Shown here: positions 28,950-38,910 of the stretch, one piece after another | Numbering within the stretch: the stretch's first letter is position 1 | Layout: each line of letters begins with the position of its first letter | Source: Hyphomicrobiaceae bacterium | GTDB taxonomy: Bacteria > Pseudomonadota > Alphaproteobacteria > Rhizobiales > Hyphomicrobiaceae | Assembly: GCA_031374115.1 (NCBI GenBank) | Contig: JANMNO010000016.1 | Coordinates: 14,999 to 78,998, forward strand | Length of the DNA: 64,000 nucleotides | Direction of reading: 5' to 3' | Translations under genes and position numbers: made by a program | Notes under the pieces: generated by a model | Database searches by the model: none | What the model was told of the DNA's origin: nothing | Seen by the model: only the letters and a program-made list of their open reading frames with translations

Positions 28950-29897
28950 TTATCCTCGTATGCCTGCCGCCTGGGCAATCCGTATATGGCCGGCACAAAC
29001 GCTATCTTCCGGAGCCTCTTTTGTCGCAGCCCCACGCAGCTGCGCAGCCCGCACGTAGCGTTGCGTCAGCGCGGGTGTGCCAATCAGAATGGCCGGATCA
29101 CTCTGCGAAGCCGACAACGCAGCCATTTCCCAGCCAATCAACAAGCCAGACAGATAGGCGGCCGCGTCTTTGGCGGACAGTTTCCCCATCAAGCCCAACG
29201 TTCTGACGGAAAAGAGGCGGTGGAGCCAGATCCCTGCGCCATCCGGCCGCGCCGACGTCGCGATACCGTGGGCAAACGCTGCGCTCATTTCATCGTTTTC
29301 GGATGATCCCGCTTGATCCATCATGCGGCCGAGAATGCTGTGGTTCTTCAGAACAGCGAAAATTTCGCCGGTCATGAAGGTTTGGAACGACGTTATTTTG
29401 CCGGCTTCGACCGTGACCCACTTCGAATGCGTACCGGGAAGAATGAATGTGCCGCCGGTTAGTTGCAACTGTGCGAGCGCACCCATGACTTGGCACTCTT
29501 CGCCGCGCATGACATCGGGGACGCCAGCGCGATCCACAGTATCGACGCCGGCGACGATGTGGACAGAACGGAAGCCCGGGACATCGATCGCAGCCAAACC
29601 ATGTGCCAACTCACTGAGGCCGGCCGGGCAGGAAACATAAGGCACTTCGACCCAACCCTGGCGGCTGCCGACCATGCCCGACAGCACGGCCGGCAAAGTA
29701 CCGTATCGCTGCAGCCAGTCCCCGCAATGAGTTTGCAGAACGGTCGCGAACTCTTGAGCGGCGATCCCCATCAAGCCCTGCTGCGATGAGCGCCGGTCGA
29801 GAACGCTGCCATCCGCTGCCAGCAGATAAATTCTCAGCGCTGTCGTGCCCCAATCGACCGAGATCAGCGATGGAATTTGGTCAACCGATCGGGACAT
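28950..29897 (-). CDS. dgoK: 2-dehydro-3-deoxygalactonokinase
   Basis: ISVDWGTTALR, LPGTHSKWV and TFMTGEIFA are DgoK signature blocks. The ATG at 29897 with an AGGTGG RBS is preferred over the GTG at 29906. Confidence 0.8.
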   Translation of the reverse strand: MSRSVDQIPSLISVDWGTTALRIYLLAADGSVLDRRSSQQGLMGIAAQEFATVLQTHCGDWLQRYGTLPAVLSGMVGSRQGWVEVPYVSCPAGLSELAHGLAAIDVPGFRSVHIVAGVDTVDRAGVPDVMRGEECQVMGALAQLQLTGGTFILPGTHSKWVTVEAGKITSFQTFMTGEIFAVLKNHSILGRMMDQAGSSENDEMSAAFAHGIATSARPDGAGIWLHRLFSVRTLGLMGKLSAKDAAAYLSGLLIGWEMAALSASQSDPAILIGTPALTQRYVRAAQLRGAATKEAPEDSVCAGHIRIAQAAGIRG

Positions 29898-29906
29898 GAC
29901 GGCCAC

Positions 29907-31031
29907 CTACTTCACAGCCGATATGGCTCGCCCAAGAAAACCATCGACGGCGGTGCCGTCGATCCAGCGCATTACGGCTACCAAATCATGCTCTCGATCG
30001 ACAAAGATAATGTTCCCCCCCGCGCCAAGGGCATATACGGCGGTCGCAGGCGCACTTGCATAAGTGCCCGCGCGATTGAGCCACCACAGCAGGCCATAGG
30101 ACTTATTCGTCGGCGAAGGCGTCAGCATCGCTTCAACCCAGTTAGCGTCGAGCAGCCGGCGGCCGGCCCAGTTGCCGCCACGCGCTACCAGCAAACCCAG
30201 CCTTGCTTGATCACGGGCGCTGATAAACATCCCGCCACCCCAGTGTGCGCCGCCCGACACCGACTGCACGCGCTTGCCGTTGAGCTCGACCCAGGAATTG
30301 CTGTAGCCGTGCCACTGCCAACCGTCAGACGCGCCGATCGGATCCATGATGCGTTCGCGCAGCACCTCAGGTAACGCACGGCCGAACCGTTGCAGCAGAC
30401 AATAAGCAAGAAGGTTCACGCGAACGTCGTTGTATTCGTAATGGCTACCGGGGGCCTTGAGCTCGCGGCGATGACCCTTGCGGCTGTTATCCGCATTGGG
30501 ACCGAGCTGGCGATTGTGATCGACCTGATCGGACTTACCCCAGATCTCGCCTTGCCACTCGCTCGACTGGTGCAGCAGGTGACGCCACGTGATCACTGCA
30601 TTGTGCGCGCTCTCGAAAAGGTTGCCCGCGACCGATGCACCCACCGGCTCATCGATGTTTGCGATCAGCCCGTCGGCGACTGCGAGCCCGGCGAGGATCG
30701 CCAAGTAGCTCTTGGCCACACTGAACGTCATGTCGGCGCGAGACGTGTCACCCCACTCGGCGGCGACCCGTCCGCCCTTAAGGATTATACCGGCGGGCGC
30801 GCCGCGCGCCTCAACCGGCCCGGTGATATCGCTCCAGGGCCCGGTCTCGTTCCATTCGACGATGCCGACGTAGCGGCCGTCGGGATAGTAGAAGCTGCGC
30901 GGCCAGGGGCTTTCGTTGGCGACGGCAAACTCGACCGCATCCTTGAGCTTGGGTGAATGAAGACTGGAGTCCGAAGCCGATACCGATTCCCAAACCAATG
31001 CTTGATCTGGCGGACAATAGGCGAGTGTCAT
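29907..31031 (-). CDS. serine hydrolase of the beta-lactamase/penicillin-binding-protein fold
   Basis: 374-aa ORF with the SxxK motif (FSVAKSY). Its start overlaps the upstream stop (ATGA at 31028-31031). Its stop abuts dgoK. Confidence 0.7.
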   Translation of the reverse strand: MTLAYCPPDQALVWESVSASDSSLHSPKLKDAVEFAVANESPWPRSFYYPDGRYVGIVEWNETGPWSDITGPVEARGAPAGIILKGGRVAAEWGDTSRADMTFSVAKSYLAILAGLAVADGLIANIDEPVGASVAGNLFESAHNAVITWRHLLHQSSEWQGEIWGKSDQVDHNRQLGPNADNSRKGHRRELKAPGSHYEYNDVRVNLLAYCLLQRFGRALPEVLRERIMDPIGASDGWQWHGYSNSWVELNGKRVQSVSGGAHWGGGMFISARDQARLGLLVARGGNWAGRRLLDANWVEAMLTPSPTNKSYGLLWWLNRAGTYASAPATAVYALGAGGNIIFVDREHDLVAVMRWIDGTAVDGFLGRAISAVK

Positions 31032-31966
31032 TGAACGTGTTCCTTACCCAGCATGCAGTGGATGCCCTTCGAACCGTTCACCGTTTGGGTGACGCGCAGG
31101 TCGGCTGCCAGCGAGCACAATGCATAAGCGTGCTCCCTCGACAAACCCGACTTCTCCCCGATCAATCTGATCATGTCGCGCAGAGCCATCTCGACACAGC
31201 GATCGAGGTCCGGATCCATCGCCATGGTGATGTGATGCGATGGCGTCTCCGCACGCGGATAGGCGAACGTGAGGTCGTCCCGTAGAACGAACTCGAAGGT
31301 GCCCTCAAGGGCGGTTTCAATTGCCGTGACGCAGACTTCGCCGTCGCCCTGCGCGCCGTGGCCATCGCCGCAAGAAAACAGCCCGCCTTCGACGAAGACT
31401 GGTAGGTAAAGCGTGGTGCCTGGTACCAGCTCCTTATTGTCGAGATTGCCACCAAAGGCGCGCGGGATCAGCGATGTCACGCGCCCCCAGGCCGGTGGCG
31501 GCGCTGTCCCCATGACCCCGAAAAACGGTTTCAGATCGAGCGATTTTCCCCATGGCAGCCGTGCCTGCTTGGTCTTCAGGTCGAGCGGAAGGTGCAAAAG
31601 ATGAAACTCGTGGAAGTCGTCCTGCAGGGTGCCGGCCAGCGGCTTGATAAAGTTGTAGCCCCAATCTTGCCTTAAGCGCACATCCTTGATCCGCACTTCG
31701 ATCACGTGCCCCGGTTGCGCACCTTTGATGGCGATTGGACCTGTCAAAATATGCCCAGGCAGCGTCTTCTCGGCATTGGCGTGCACATCGGCGATTTCGG
31801 GCGGGGTCGAGAAACCGGCGTCTGGTTTCGGGTGCATTTCGGGGCCGCCGGTCACGGTATCGACCGTCACCGTATCGCCGCTGGCGATCGTAAGCACCGG
31901 CTTCAGCGAGGCATCGAAGAAACCCCAATGGCACGTTTTGCCGCTCGCTTTCAGATGATGATGCAT
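31028..31966 (-). CDS. acetamidase/formamidase-family amidohydrolase
   Basis: MHHHLKASGKTCHWGFFDASLKPVLTIASGDTVTVDT is a typical FmdA/AmiF-family N-terminus. The ATG at 31966 is preferred over the TTG at 32008. Confidence 0.75.
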   Translation of the reverse strand: MHHHLKASGKTCHWGFFDASLKPVLTIASGDTVTVDTVTGGPEMHPKPDAGFSTPPEIADVHANAEKTLPGHILTGPIAIKGAQPGHVIEVRIKDVRLRQDWGYNFIKPLAGTLQDDFHEFHLLHLPLDLKTKQARLPWGKSLDLKPFFGVMGTAPPPAWGRVTSLIPRAFGGNLDNKELVPGTTLYLPVFVEGGLFSCGDGHGAQGDGEVCVTAIETALEGTFEFVLRDDLTFAYPRAETPSHHITMAMDPDLDRCVEMALRDMIRLIGEKSGLSREHAYALCSLAADLRVTQTVNGSKGIHCMLGKEHVQ

Positions 31967-32168
31967 GAATGCGTTCCGACCATGTTGCAGCTGTTTGATT
32001 GCCGCCAAGCATGCCGCCTCGCCGTCGCATTCGCAACGCCGATGTCGCGACGGCCTATAACAAGGTCGGGTAGAGGTACGAGATCCGACGCTTCTGACAT
32101 CGTCGGCTCTCGCGAAAATGCTCTAGCCGACCTACAAGTGATCGCGTTGGTCAACTTGGAGCACCCGA

Positions 32169-33308
32169 ATGCCTCAGCACCCTGCCGCCACCCCCGGAAT
32201 GGCGATCTCGGAGATCGACACGCCGGCGCTGATCATCGATCTCGACGCGTTCGAGCGCAATCTTAAGCGCATGGCCGACACCGTCTCCCGGGCGGGCGTG
32301 CGCTTGCGCCCGCACGCCAAGACGCACAAATCACCGGTGATCGGGTTGAAGCAGATGGCGCTCGGGGCCGTCGGGCTCTGTTGCCAGAAAGTGTCCGAAG
32401 CAGAAGCGATGGTGCTGGGCGGCGTGCCTGACGTTTTGATCTCGAATGAAGTGGTTGGCGCGAGAAAGCTCGACCGTCTAGCGGCGCTCGCACATCAAGC
32501 CCGGGTGATGATCGTGGCCGACAATGAGATCGCCGTCGAAGCGCTCGGCGTTGCTGCGAGACGGGCCGGTGTCAAGATCCGCGTGCTGGTGGAGATCGAT
32601 GTCGGCGCCAACCGTTGCGGCGTCGCACCGGGCGAGCCGGCGGTCACTCTGGCCAAACGGATCGCGCGCGAGAGGCACCTCGGGTTCGCCGGCTTGCAAG
32701 CCTACCAGGGCCGCGCTCAGCACTTGCGCACGTTCGAAGAACGGCAAGCGGCGATCGACGCCGCCATCGCGATGACCGCCCGCACCATAGCGCTCTTGAA
32801 GAACGCCGGACTGACCTGCGATATCGTCGGCGGCGCGGGCACCGGCACGTTCGAGCTTGAAGCGGCCAGCGGGGTCTATAACGAGTTGCAGGCTGGATCG
32901 TACTGCTTCATGGACGCAGACTATGCGCGCAACAAACGCGCAGATGGCGGTGCCTTCAATACGTTCGAAAACGCGCTCTTCGTCTATGCCACGATCATGA
33001 GCACACCGACACCGGAGCGCGCAGTCGTGGATGCCGGGCTGAAGGCCTTCTCATTCGACTCTGGCGTGCCCGAAGCGCGGGGGCTGGCCGGCGCAATCTA
33101 CGAGCGCCCATCCGATGAGCACGGCAATCTCAACATCGCCGCTTGCAATGTGCGCCCCCAACTCGGCGACAAAATCCTGCTGATCCCCGGTCATTGCGAT
33201 CCAACCGTCAATCTGCACGACTGGTACATCGGCGTTCGCGGCATGGGAACCGACAGCGCCCGGGTCGAATGTGTATGGCCGGTTACGGCGCGTGGCGCGT
33301 TGTTTTGA
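32169..33308 (+). CDS. DSD1-family fold-III PLP enzyme (D-serine dehydratase / D-threonine aldolase-like)
   Basis: PLP-lysine context RLRPHAKTHKSP and the C-terminal HCDPTVNLHD block typical of this family. Divergent from the formamidase operon. Confidence 0.75.
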   Translation: MPQHPAATPGMAISEIDTPALIIDLDAFERNLKRMADTVSRAGVRLRPHAKTHKSPVIGLKQMALGAVGLCCQKVSEAEAMVLGGVPDVLISNEVVGARKLDRLAALAHQARVMIVADNEIAVEALGVAARRAGVKIRVLVEIDVGANRCGVAPGEPAVTLAKRIARERHLGFAGLQAYQGRAQHLRTFEERQAAIDAAIAMTARTIALLKNAGLTCDIVGGAGTGTFELEAASGVYNELQAGSYCFMDADYARNKRADGGAFNTFENALFVYATIMSTPTPERAVVDAGLKAFSFDSGVPEARGLAGAIYERPSDEHGNLNIAACNVRPQLGDKILLIPGHCDPTVNLHDWYIGVRGMGTDSARVECVWPVTARGALF

Positions 33309-33357
33309 GTGCGACAACGGGTTAGGCTGCTGGCGCGGTTAGCCTCGGAGAGATGCG

Positions 33358-35625
33358 ATGCCATTAGACAGCAAACCTGTAGAAACCAGTCGCCAATTCG
33401 ATCTGGTCGGCACGCGACCGTTGCGGCCCGATGGGGTCGATAAAGTGACTGGACGGGCCCGCTTCGGTGCCGACATTTCCGCGCCGGGCATGTTGCACGG
33501 TCGAATTTTGCGCAGCCCCCATCCGCACGCGCGCCTCCTCCGCATCGATATATCGAAGGCGCTCGCACTCGATGGCGTGAAGGCGATCGTCACCGCCGAA
33601 GATCTGCCAGACCTCACCGGCGGTGATGCCGATTTGCTCACCCTGCTCTCAAACGTGATGGCCCGCGGTAAGGTACTCTACGATGGTCACGCAGTGGCCG
33701 CAGTGGCGGCGACCAGCCGCGACGTCGCCCGCCAAGCACTCGCTTTGATCAAGGTCGATTACGAGGTTCTGCCGCACGTCACGGACGTCGAGGCAGCGAT
33801 GCTGCCTGGCGCCCCGGTGCTGCATGACGATCTCTTTACCGAAGGCGTCGAGCCGAAGCCGGCCAAGTCATCGAACATTGCCAAGCGGCATCGGTTTGGA
33901 CACGGCGATATCGCGAATGGCTTCAAACAAGCCGACGTCGTGGTCGAGCGGACATTCCGGACCGCCGCCACCCACCAGGGCTATATCGAGCCGCACGCGT
34001 GCCTCGCCAACATCCGCCCGGATGGAGCCGGCGAGATGTGGGTGTGCACACAAGGCCACTTCATGGTGCGCAATACGTGCGCGGCATTGCTCGGCCTCGA
34101 CGCGTCGCGCTTGCGGGTCACGCCATCGGAAATTGGCGGCGGGTTCGGCGGCAAGACCACTCTCTTTATCGAACCGGTCGCATTGGCCCTTTCGCGCAAG
34201 GCGGGCCGGCCGGTGAAACTTGTGCTCGACCGCGAGGAAGTCTTCCGCGCGACAGGCCCAACCGCCAGCACCTGCATCCGCGTCAAGATCGGCGCCAAGA
34301 AGAATGGCAAAATCACCGCGGCCGAAGCCGAACTTAAATACCAAGGCGGCGCATTTCCGGGTTCGCTGGTCGAGCTTGGCGCGATGTCGGCGTTTGCCTG
34401 CTACGCGCTCGACAACGTGGATATCGTCGGCTGGGATGTCGTCGCCAATCGGCCGAAGCTCGCCGCCTACCGCGCACCAAGCGCACCGATGGCGGCCTTC
34501 GCTGTCGAAAGCGTCATGCAGGAGATTGCCGAAAAGACCGGCGTCGATCCGATCGATCTGCGGCTGATGAATGCAATCGAAGAGGGCGGAAGATCGTCGT
34601 TCGGGCCGAAGTTTGGACGTATCGGCCTCAAGCAAACGCTGGAAGCCGCCAAGAACCATCCGCATTACAAGGCGCCGCTGGGCAAGAACCAGGGACGCGG
34701 CGTCGCCTGCGGTTTCTGGTTCAACTTCGGCGGCAATACATCCGTGTCGCTGACCGTCAACATCGACGGCACGATCGGCCTCGCCGTCGGCATGCCCGAC
34801 ATTGGCGGCAGCAGAGCCTCGATGTGCCTGATGGCGGCAGAGGAGTTCGGCATCCCCTATGATCGCGTCAACGCCATCGTCGCCGACACGTCATCGCTGG
34901 GCTTTAGCGATATGACGGATGGTAGCCGTGTCACGTTCTCCGCCGGTATCGCCACCATCAACGCCGCGCGCGATGCGATCCAAAAATTGTGCGCACGCGC
35001 GGCGGCGATGTGGGGGATTCCGAAAGATGCCGTCGTCTGGGAGAAAGGCCATTGCAAGCCGGCTGGCGCCAACGCTGGCAAGTTCGAACCGCTGTCGCTG
35101 AAGCAGATCGCCGCGCAAGCAGCCAATACCGGCGGACCAATCGCCGGTCACTTCGAGATCAACGCCGACGGCGCCGGCGTGAGTTTCGGCACGCACATCG
35201 CCGATGTCGAGATCGACCCCGAGACAGGGGGCGCCCGCGTGGTGCGCTACACCGTCTGCCAGGATGCGGGCAAGGCGGTACATCCAAGTTACGTCGAGGG
35301 CCAATTCCAGGGTGGTGCCGTCCAGGGCATCGGCTGGGCATTGAACGAAGAATACGTGTACGGCGCTGATGGCCGGTTGCAGAACGCCGGCTTCCTCGAC
35401 TATCGCGTGCCCGTCGCCTCCGACCTGCCGATGATCGACACCGTTATCGTCGAAGTCCCGAACCCGGGACATCCATACGGCGTGCGCGGTGTCGGCGAAA
35501 CCCCGATTGTGCCGCCACTCGCAACGGTCGCCAACGCAATCTCGGCTGCCGCCGGCGTGCGTATGACCGAGATCCCGATGTCACCGCCGCGCCTGCTGAA
35601 GGCGATCGGAGAGAAGAAGTTGTAA
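33358..35625 (+). CDS. xanthine-dehydrogenase-family molybdopterin-binding (large) subunit
   Basis: 755-aa ORF. RPDGVDKVTGRARFGADI N-terminal block, and GGGFGGK and GVGE(T)P blocks of Mo-hydroxylases. Confidence 0.85.
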   Translation: MPLDSKPVETSRQFDLVGTRPLRPDGVDKVTGRARFGADISAPGMLHGRILRSPHPHARLLRIDISKALALDGVKAIVTAEDLPDLTGGDADLLTLLSNVMARGKVLYDGHAVAAVAATSRDVARQALALIKVDYEVLPHVTDVEAAMLPGAPVLHDDLFTEGVEPKPAKSSNIAKRHRFGHGDIANGFKQADVVVERTFRTAATHQGYIEPHACLANIRPDGAGEMWVCTQGHFMVRNTCAALLGLDASRLRVTPSEIGGGFGGKTTLFIEPVALALSRKAGRPVKLVLDREEVFRATGPTASTCIRVKIGAKKNGKITAAEAELKYQGGAFPGSLVELGAMSAFACYALDNVDIVGWDVVANRPKLAAYRAPSAPMAAFAVESVMQEIAEKTGVDPIDLRLMNAIEEGGRSSFGPKFGRIGLKQTLEAAKNHPHYKAPLGKNQGRGVACGFWFNFGGNTSVSLTVNIDGTIGLAVGMPDIGGSRASMCLMAAEEFGIPYDRVNAIVADTSSLGFSDMTDGSRVTFSAGIATINAARDAIQKLCARAAAMWGIPKDAVVWEKGHCKPAGANAGKFEPLSLKQIAAQAANTGGPIAGHFEINADGAGVSFGTHIADVEIDPETGGARVVRYTVCQDAGKAVHPSYVEGQFQGGAVQGIGWALNEEYVYGADGRLQNAGFLDYRVPVASDLPMIDTVIVEVPNPGHPYGVRGVGETPIVPPLATVANAISAAAGVRMTEIPMSPPRLLKAIGEKKL

Positions 35626-35629
35626 GGCG

Positions 35630-35875
35630 ATGCTGCGGGTGAAACTCGGTGGACCGCTGATGTCGCAAGCCGGCGGCGTTACCGAGTTCGACGTCGAGGC
35701 ATCGACCATTCGCGAGATGCTGACGAGACTAGGCGAGCTTTATCCAGGCCTGAAACCGGTGTTGGACCGCGGCGTTACCGTCGCAGTCAACGGCACCGTT
35801 TACCGCGGCGCATTTCTCACACCCATTCCGGATGGAGCCGAAGTTTTCATTCTGCCGCCGCTGGTGGGCGGGTGA
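35630..35875 (+). CDS. MoaD/ThiS-like ubiquitin-fold protein ending in Gly-Gly
   Basis: 81-aa ORF starting 5 nt after the Mo-subunit stop. The C-terminus ...AEVFILPPLVGG is typical of sulfur-carrier beta-grasp proteins. Confidence 0.6.
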   Translation: MLRVKLGGPLMSQAGGVTEFDVEASTIREMLTRLGELYPGLKPVLDRGVTVAVNGTVYRGAFLTPIPDGAEVFILPPLVGG

Positions 35876-35896
35876 TCGCCGCAAACGGAGGATGCA

Positions 35897-36640
35897 ATGC
35901 CCGGACGGTTACGAATTGGCATCGGCGGCTGGACGTTCGAACCGTGGCGCGGTGTGTTCTACCCTGAGAACCTGGCGCAAAAGCGCGAGCTGGAATTTGC
36001 CTCGCGCGCCCTCACGTCGATCGAAATCAACGGCACGTATTACTCGACCTTCAAGCCCGACAGCTGGCGCAAGTGGCGAGACGAAACGCCGGATGATTTC
36101 GTCTTCTCGGTGAAGGCGTCGCGCTATTGCACGAATCGCAAAGTTCTGGCCGAAGCTGGTCCCTCGATCGAGCGGTTCATCGCGCAGGGTTTGACGGAAT
36201 TGGGACCTAAGCTCGGGCCGATCAACTGGCAGTTCATGGCCACGAAGAAGTTCGACAAGCAGGATTTCGGTGCGTTTCTGAAGCTGCTACCTAAGAGTGC
36301 GGATGGCATCGCCTTGCGTCACGCCATCGAGGTTCGAAACGACAGTTTCGCCACTACGGAGTTTCATGACTTGGCACGCGCGCACAACGTTGCCATCGTT
36401 TATGCCAAGGACGACGAATTCCCCGAGATCGATCAGCCGACCGCCGATTTCACCTACGCCCGGCTGATGTCGGCGCAAGAAGAATTGCAAACCGGCGTCA
36501 CCGATCAAGAGCTGAACAGCTTCGCAAGCCAGGTACGTGCATGGTCCAAGCGCGGCGATGTCTTCGTCTATTTCATCTCAGGCGCGAAGGTGCGCAACCC
36601 GGCAGCCGCCCAGGCGCTGATCAAAAAGCTGAAGTCCTAG
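35897..36640 (+). CDS. DUF72-family protein
   Basis: IGIGGWTFEPWRGVFYP...LTSIEINGTYYSTFKP...FVFSVKASR are canonical DUF72 blocks. Confidence 0.8.
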   Translation: MPGRLRIGIGGWTFEPWRGVFYPENLAQKRELEFASRALTSIEINGTYYSTFKPDSWRKWRDETPDDFVFSVKASRYCTNRKVLAEAGPSIERFIAQGLTELGPKLGPINWQFMATKKFDKQDFGAFLKLLPKSADGIALRHAIEVRNDSFATTEFHDLARAHNVAIVYAKDDEFPEIDQPTADFTYARLMSAQEELQTGVTDQELNSFASQVRAWSKRGDVFVYFISGAKVRNPAAAQALIKKLKS

Positions 36641-36653
36641 ACGGCGCGACGCA

Positions 36654-38273
36654 TCACGGGCGCGTTGGCGCCAAAAACTGCCACGGCTCGGTTTCGCTCG
36701 CGATGTCGGTGACGACCTCGATCAGCGCCGGCGCGTTGGCAGCTAGCGCCTCGGTCAGCGCGACCTTCAAGCCTTTCGCGTCGTTCACCTTCCACGACGG
36801 CACGCCGAAGCTGCGGGCGAACATCTGGAAGTCCGGATTGCGCAGCGCGGAGCCTGCATCGCGGCCCTCGTACATGCGCCTCTGATCGCGCAGCACGTTG
36901 CCATAGGACGAGTTGTTGAACAGGATCGTGACAAGGTTGATGCCGTGCTGCACGGCGGTCGCCAACTCGGTGCCACCGAACAGGAAGCCGCCATCGCCGG
37001 TCAGTGCCACCACCGGGCGGTCCGGATGCGCGACCTTGACGCCGAGCGCCATCGGGAAACCGGCGCCAAGTGTGCCGGAAAACCCGGACGTAACGAGCGA
37101 ACGCGGTGTGTGGAACGGAAATCCGATCCAAGACACATAGGCCGTCTGGGTCATCTCATCGCACAGAATGCCGTTCTCGGGCAGCACATCGCGGATGACT
37201 TCGAGGAATGACATTTGTGGTTGCAGTTTGCGCACTGCCTCGGTTCCGGCAACCTTGGTTGCGGCGACCACTTGCAGCCGTTCCGCATTTGGTTTTGACG
37301 TGATCTTGGGCGTCAGGCTGCGTGCGGCATCGGCGGTGTCGGCGACGATGCCGATGTCGACCTTCAAGCGGCGCATCTCGGATGGATCGATATCGATGCG
37401 GGCGACTTTCAGTCCGGGAGGATGGGCGCCCCAGCGGCTCATCGGCGTATCCAACCGGGTGCCGAAACCGATCAGCAAATCCGTCGTCGGCCACAGCTTG
37501 TAGCCTGGTGCCACGTTAAGGCACAGGGGATGGCGATCATCGAGAATGCCCTTGCCCGTGCGATACGACAGCACCGGACAACCGATGCGTTCGGCCAGCG
37601 CCAGGATCTCCGGCGCGGCGTGCAGCGCGCCGCTGCCAACCCACATCATCGGCGCCTTCGCCTTGTTGATCAGGGCCGCGAGGGCATCGATCTTTTCGGC
37701 GTCCGGCACCGGGTTTGGCGCGAGCGGAAGCGGCTCTTGCGGCGTCACGTCAGCCGACGCCGAGAACTGATCCCATGGCATTTCGAGCGCCACCGGACCG
37801 GGCCGGCCCGACTGCATCTCCTGGAACGCGCGGGCGACGAGGTAAGGCGCCTGCGTTGGATGTTCGATGCGATCGGCCCATTTCACGAAGCTGCGCAATG
37901 TCGCGAGCTGATCGGGCATCTCATGCAATTGCCCGCGACCTTGGCCGATCAGATGGCTCGGCACTTGCCCGGTCAGGCACAGCACCGGCGCGTTGAGGCC
38001 CCAGGCGGTGACGAGGGCCGCAGAAGTATTCATGACGCCGGGCCCCGGCACCACGGTGTATGCCGCCGGCCGGCCGGTCGAATAGGCATAGCCCAGCGCC
38101 ATGTAGGCCGTCGTCTGCTCGTGGCGCGCGTTGATCAATCGCAACCGGTTCTTATTGCGCGCGAAGGCGTCGAACAGCCCGTACACCTGCACCCCCGGCA
38201 GCCCGAAAATCGTATCGATGCCGTGCCGCAAAAGGCTGTCGACAATTGCTTCGCCACCGGTCATGCGCGTCAT
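36654..38273 (-). CDS. thiamine-diphosphate enzyme (acetolactate-synthase large-subunit-like)
   Basis: GGEAIVDSLLRHGIDTIFGLPG N-terminus and ThDP motif GDGGFLFGGTELATAV...NNSSYGN. Start placed at the ATG at 38273 (GAAGGA upstream); 38291 or 38264 are possible. Confidence 0.8.
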   Translation of the reverse strand: MTRMTGGEAIVDSLLRHGIDTIFGLPGVQVYGLFDAFARNKNRLRLINARHEQTTAYMALGYAYSTGRPAAYTVVPGPGVMNTSAALVTAWGLNAPVLCLTGQVPSHLIGQGRGQLHEMPDQLATLRSFVKWADRIEHPTQAPYLVARAFQEMQSGRPGPVALEMPWDQFSASADVTPQEPLPLAPNPVPDAEKIDALAALINKAKAPMMWVGSGALHAAPEILALAERIGCPVLSYRTGKGILDDRHPLCLNVAPGYKLWPTTDLLIGFGTRLDTPMSRWGAHPPGLKVARIDIDPSEMRRLKVDIGIVADTADAARSLTPKITSKPNAERLQVVAATKVAGTEAVRKLQPQMSFLEVIRDVLPENGILCDEMTQTAYVSWIGFPFHTPRSLVTSGFSGTLGAGFPMALGVKVAHPDRPVVALTGDGGFLFGGTELATAVQHGINLVTILFNNSSYGNVLRDQRRMYEGRDAGSALRNPDFQMFARSFGVPSWKVNDAKGLKVALTEALAANAPALIEVVTDIASETEPWQFLAPTRP

Positions 38274-38703
38274 TTTGTGGGGGTCCTTCATCGGCAAGAC
38301 CGAGAAGCTGGCACGGCAGGCGAGAGGAGGCAAGATGCGGAGGTGGCATGGTCGGCATGCAGGTGTCGACACCGCATCGACCTGACTGGGACGACACGCT
38401 GGGACGACACCGGCCGCATCAAGTCTCAGATAAACTTTCCGCGCCTCGCCGCGGTCCGGCACGCCCTCTAAGCCAGAACTCAGAACCCGTCGCCGTCGTC
38501 GATCTCAATGAATAGTGAGAGAAGCCGGCTTGTCTGCCCGACCCCTTTCGGTGGTGCTCTCTAACCATGCGATGAGACTAGGGCTAAGTCGCGACCGTCT
38601 ACAAGACCGCGAGCGGTCACGACAGAGCTGTAGCAGGCGGACTTATCCCGCGCTTTCGCAGTAACGTTGCTCACCGGCTGGCTAACGACGTCGGACTGGG
38701 CGC

Positions 38704-38910
38704 TTGCACCTCTGCCGCAGCTCGGCCAGCCGATGTCGGGCGACCCGCAACGTGAAGCGCTGGCGCGATGCCTCGATGGCGCTTCGCTGGGCCCCCCGCA
38801 GGCATGAGGGAGGCGAGGCCCTCCTCCGGCGAATGAAGGCGCATCGGCAGTTGCCGGCTCTCTTCCTTGCAGAGCATCAGGCACGCCAAGCCGAGAAGCC
38901 ATGCTTGCCC
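38704..38910 (+). pseudogene. possible relic of a transposase C-terminus (family not assignable)
   Basis: The translation ...RNVKRWRDASMALRWAPRRHEGGEALLRRMKAHRQLPAL... resembles a conserved transposase tail I recall (VKRW..x..LRW....FRR.K....LP.L). No intact upstream transposase body is present. Confidence 0.3.

Noticed and set aside
38540-38590. tRNA-like string (minus strand ...CATGGTTAGAGAGCACC..., reminiscent of a D-arm)
   Set aside because: I tried to fold the surrounding 80 nt as a cloverleaf. There is no complementary acceptor 3' strand, no anticodon stem and no T-loop, so this is probably chance or an unrecognisable remnant.
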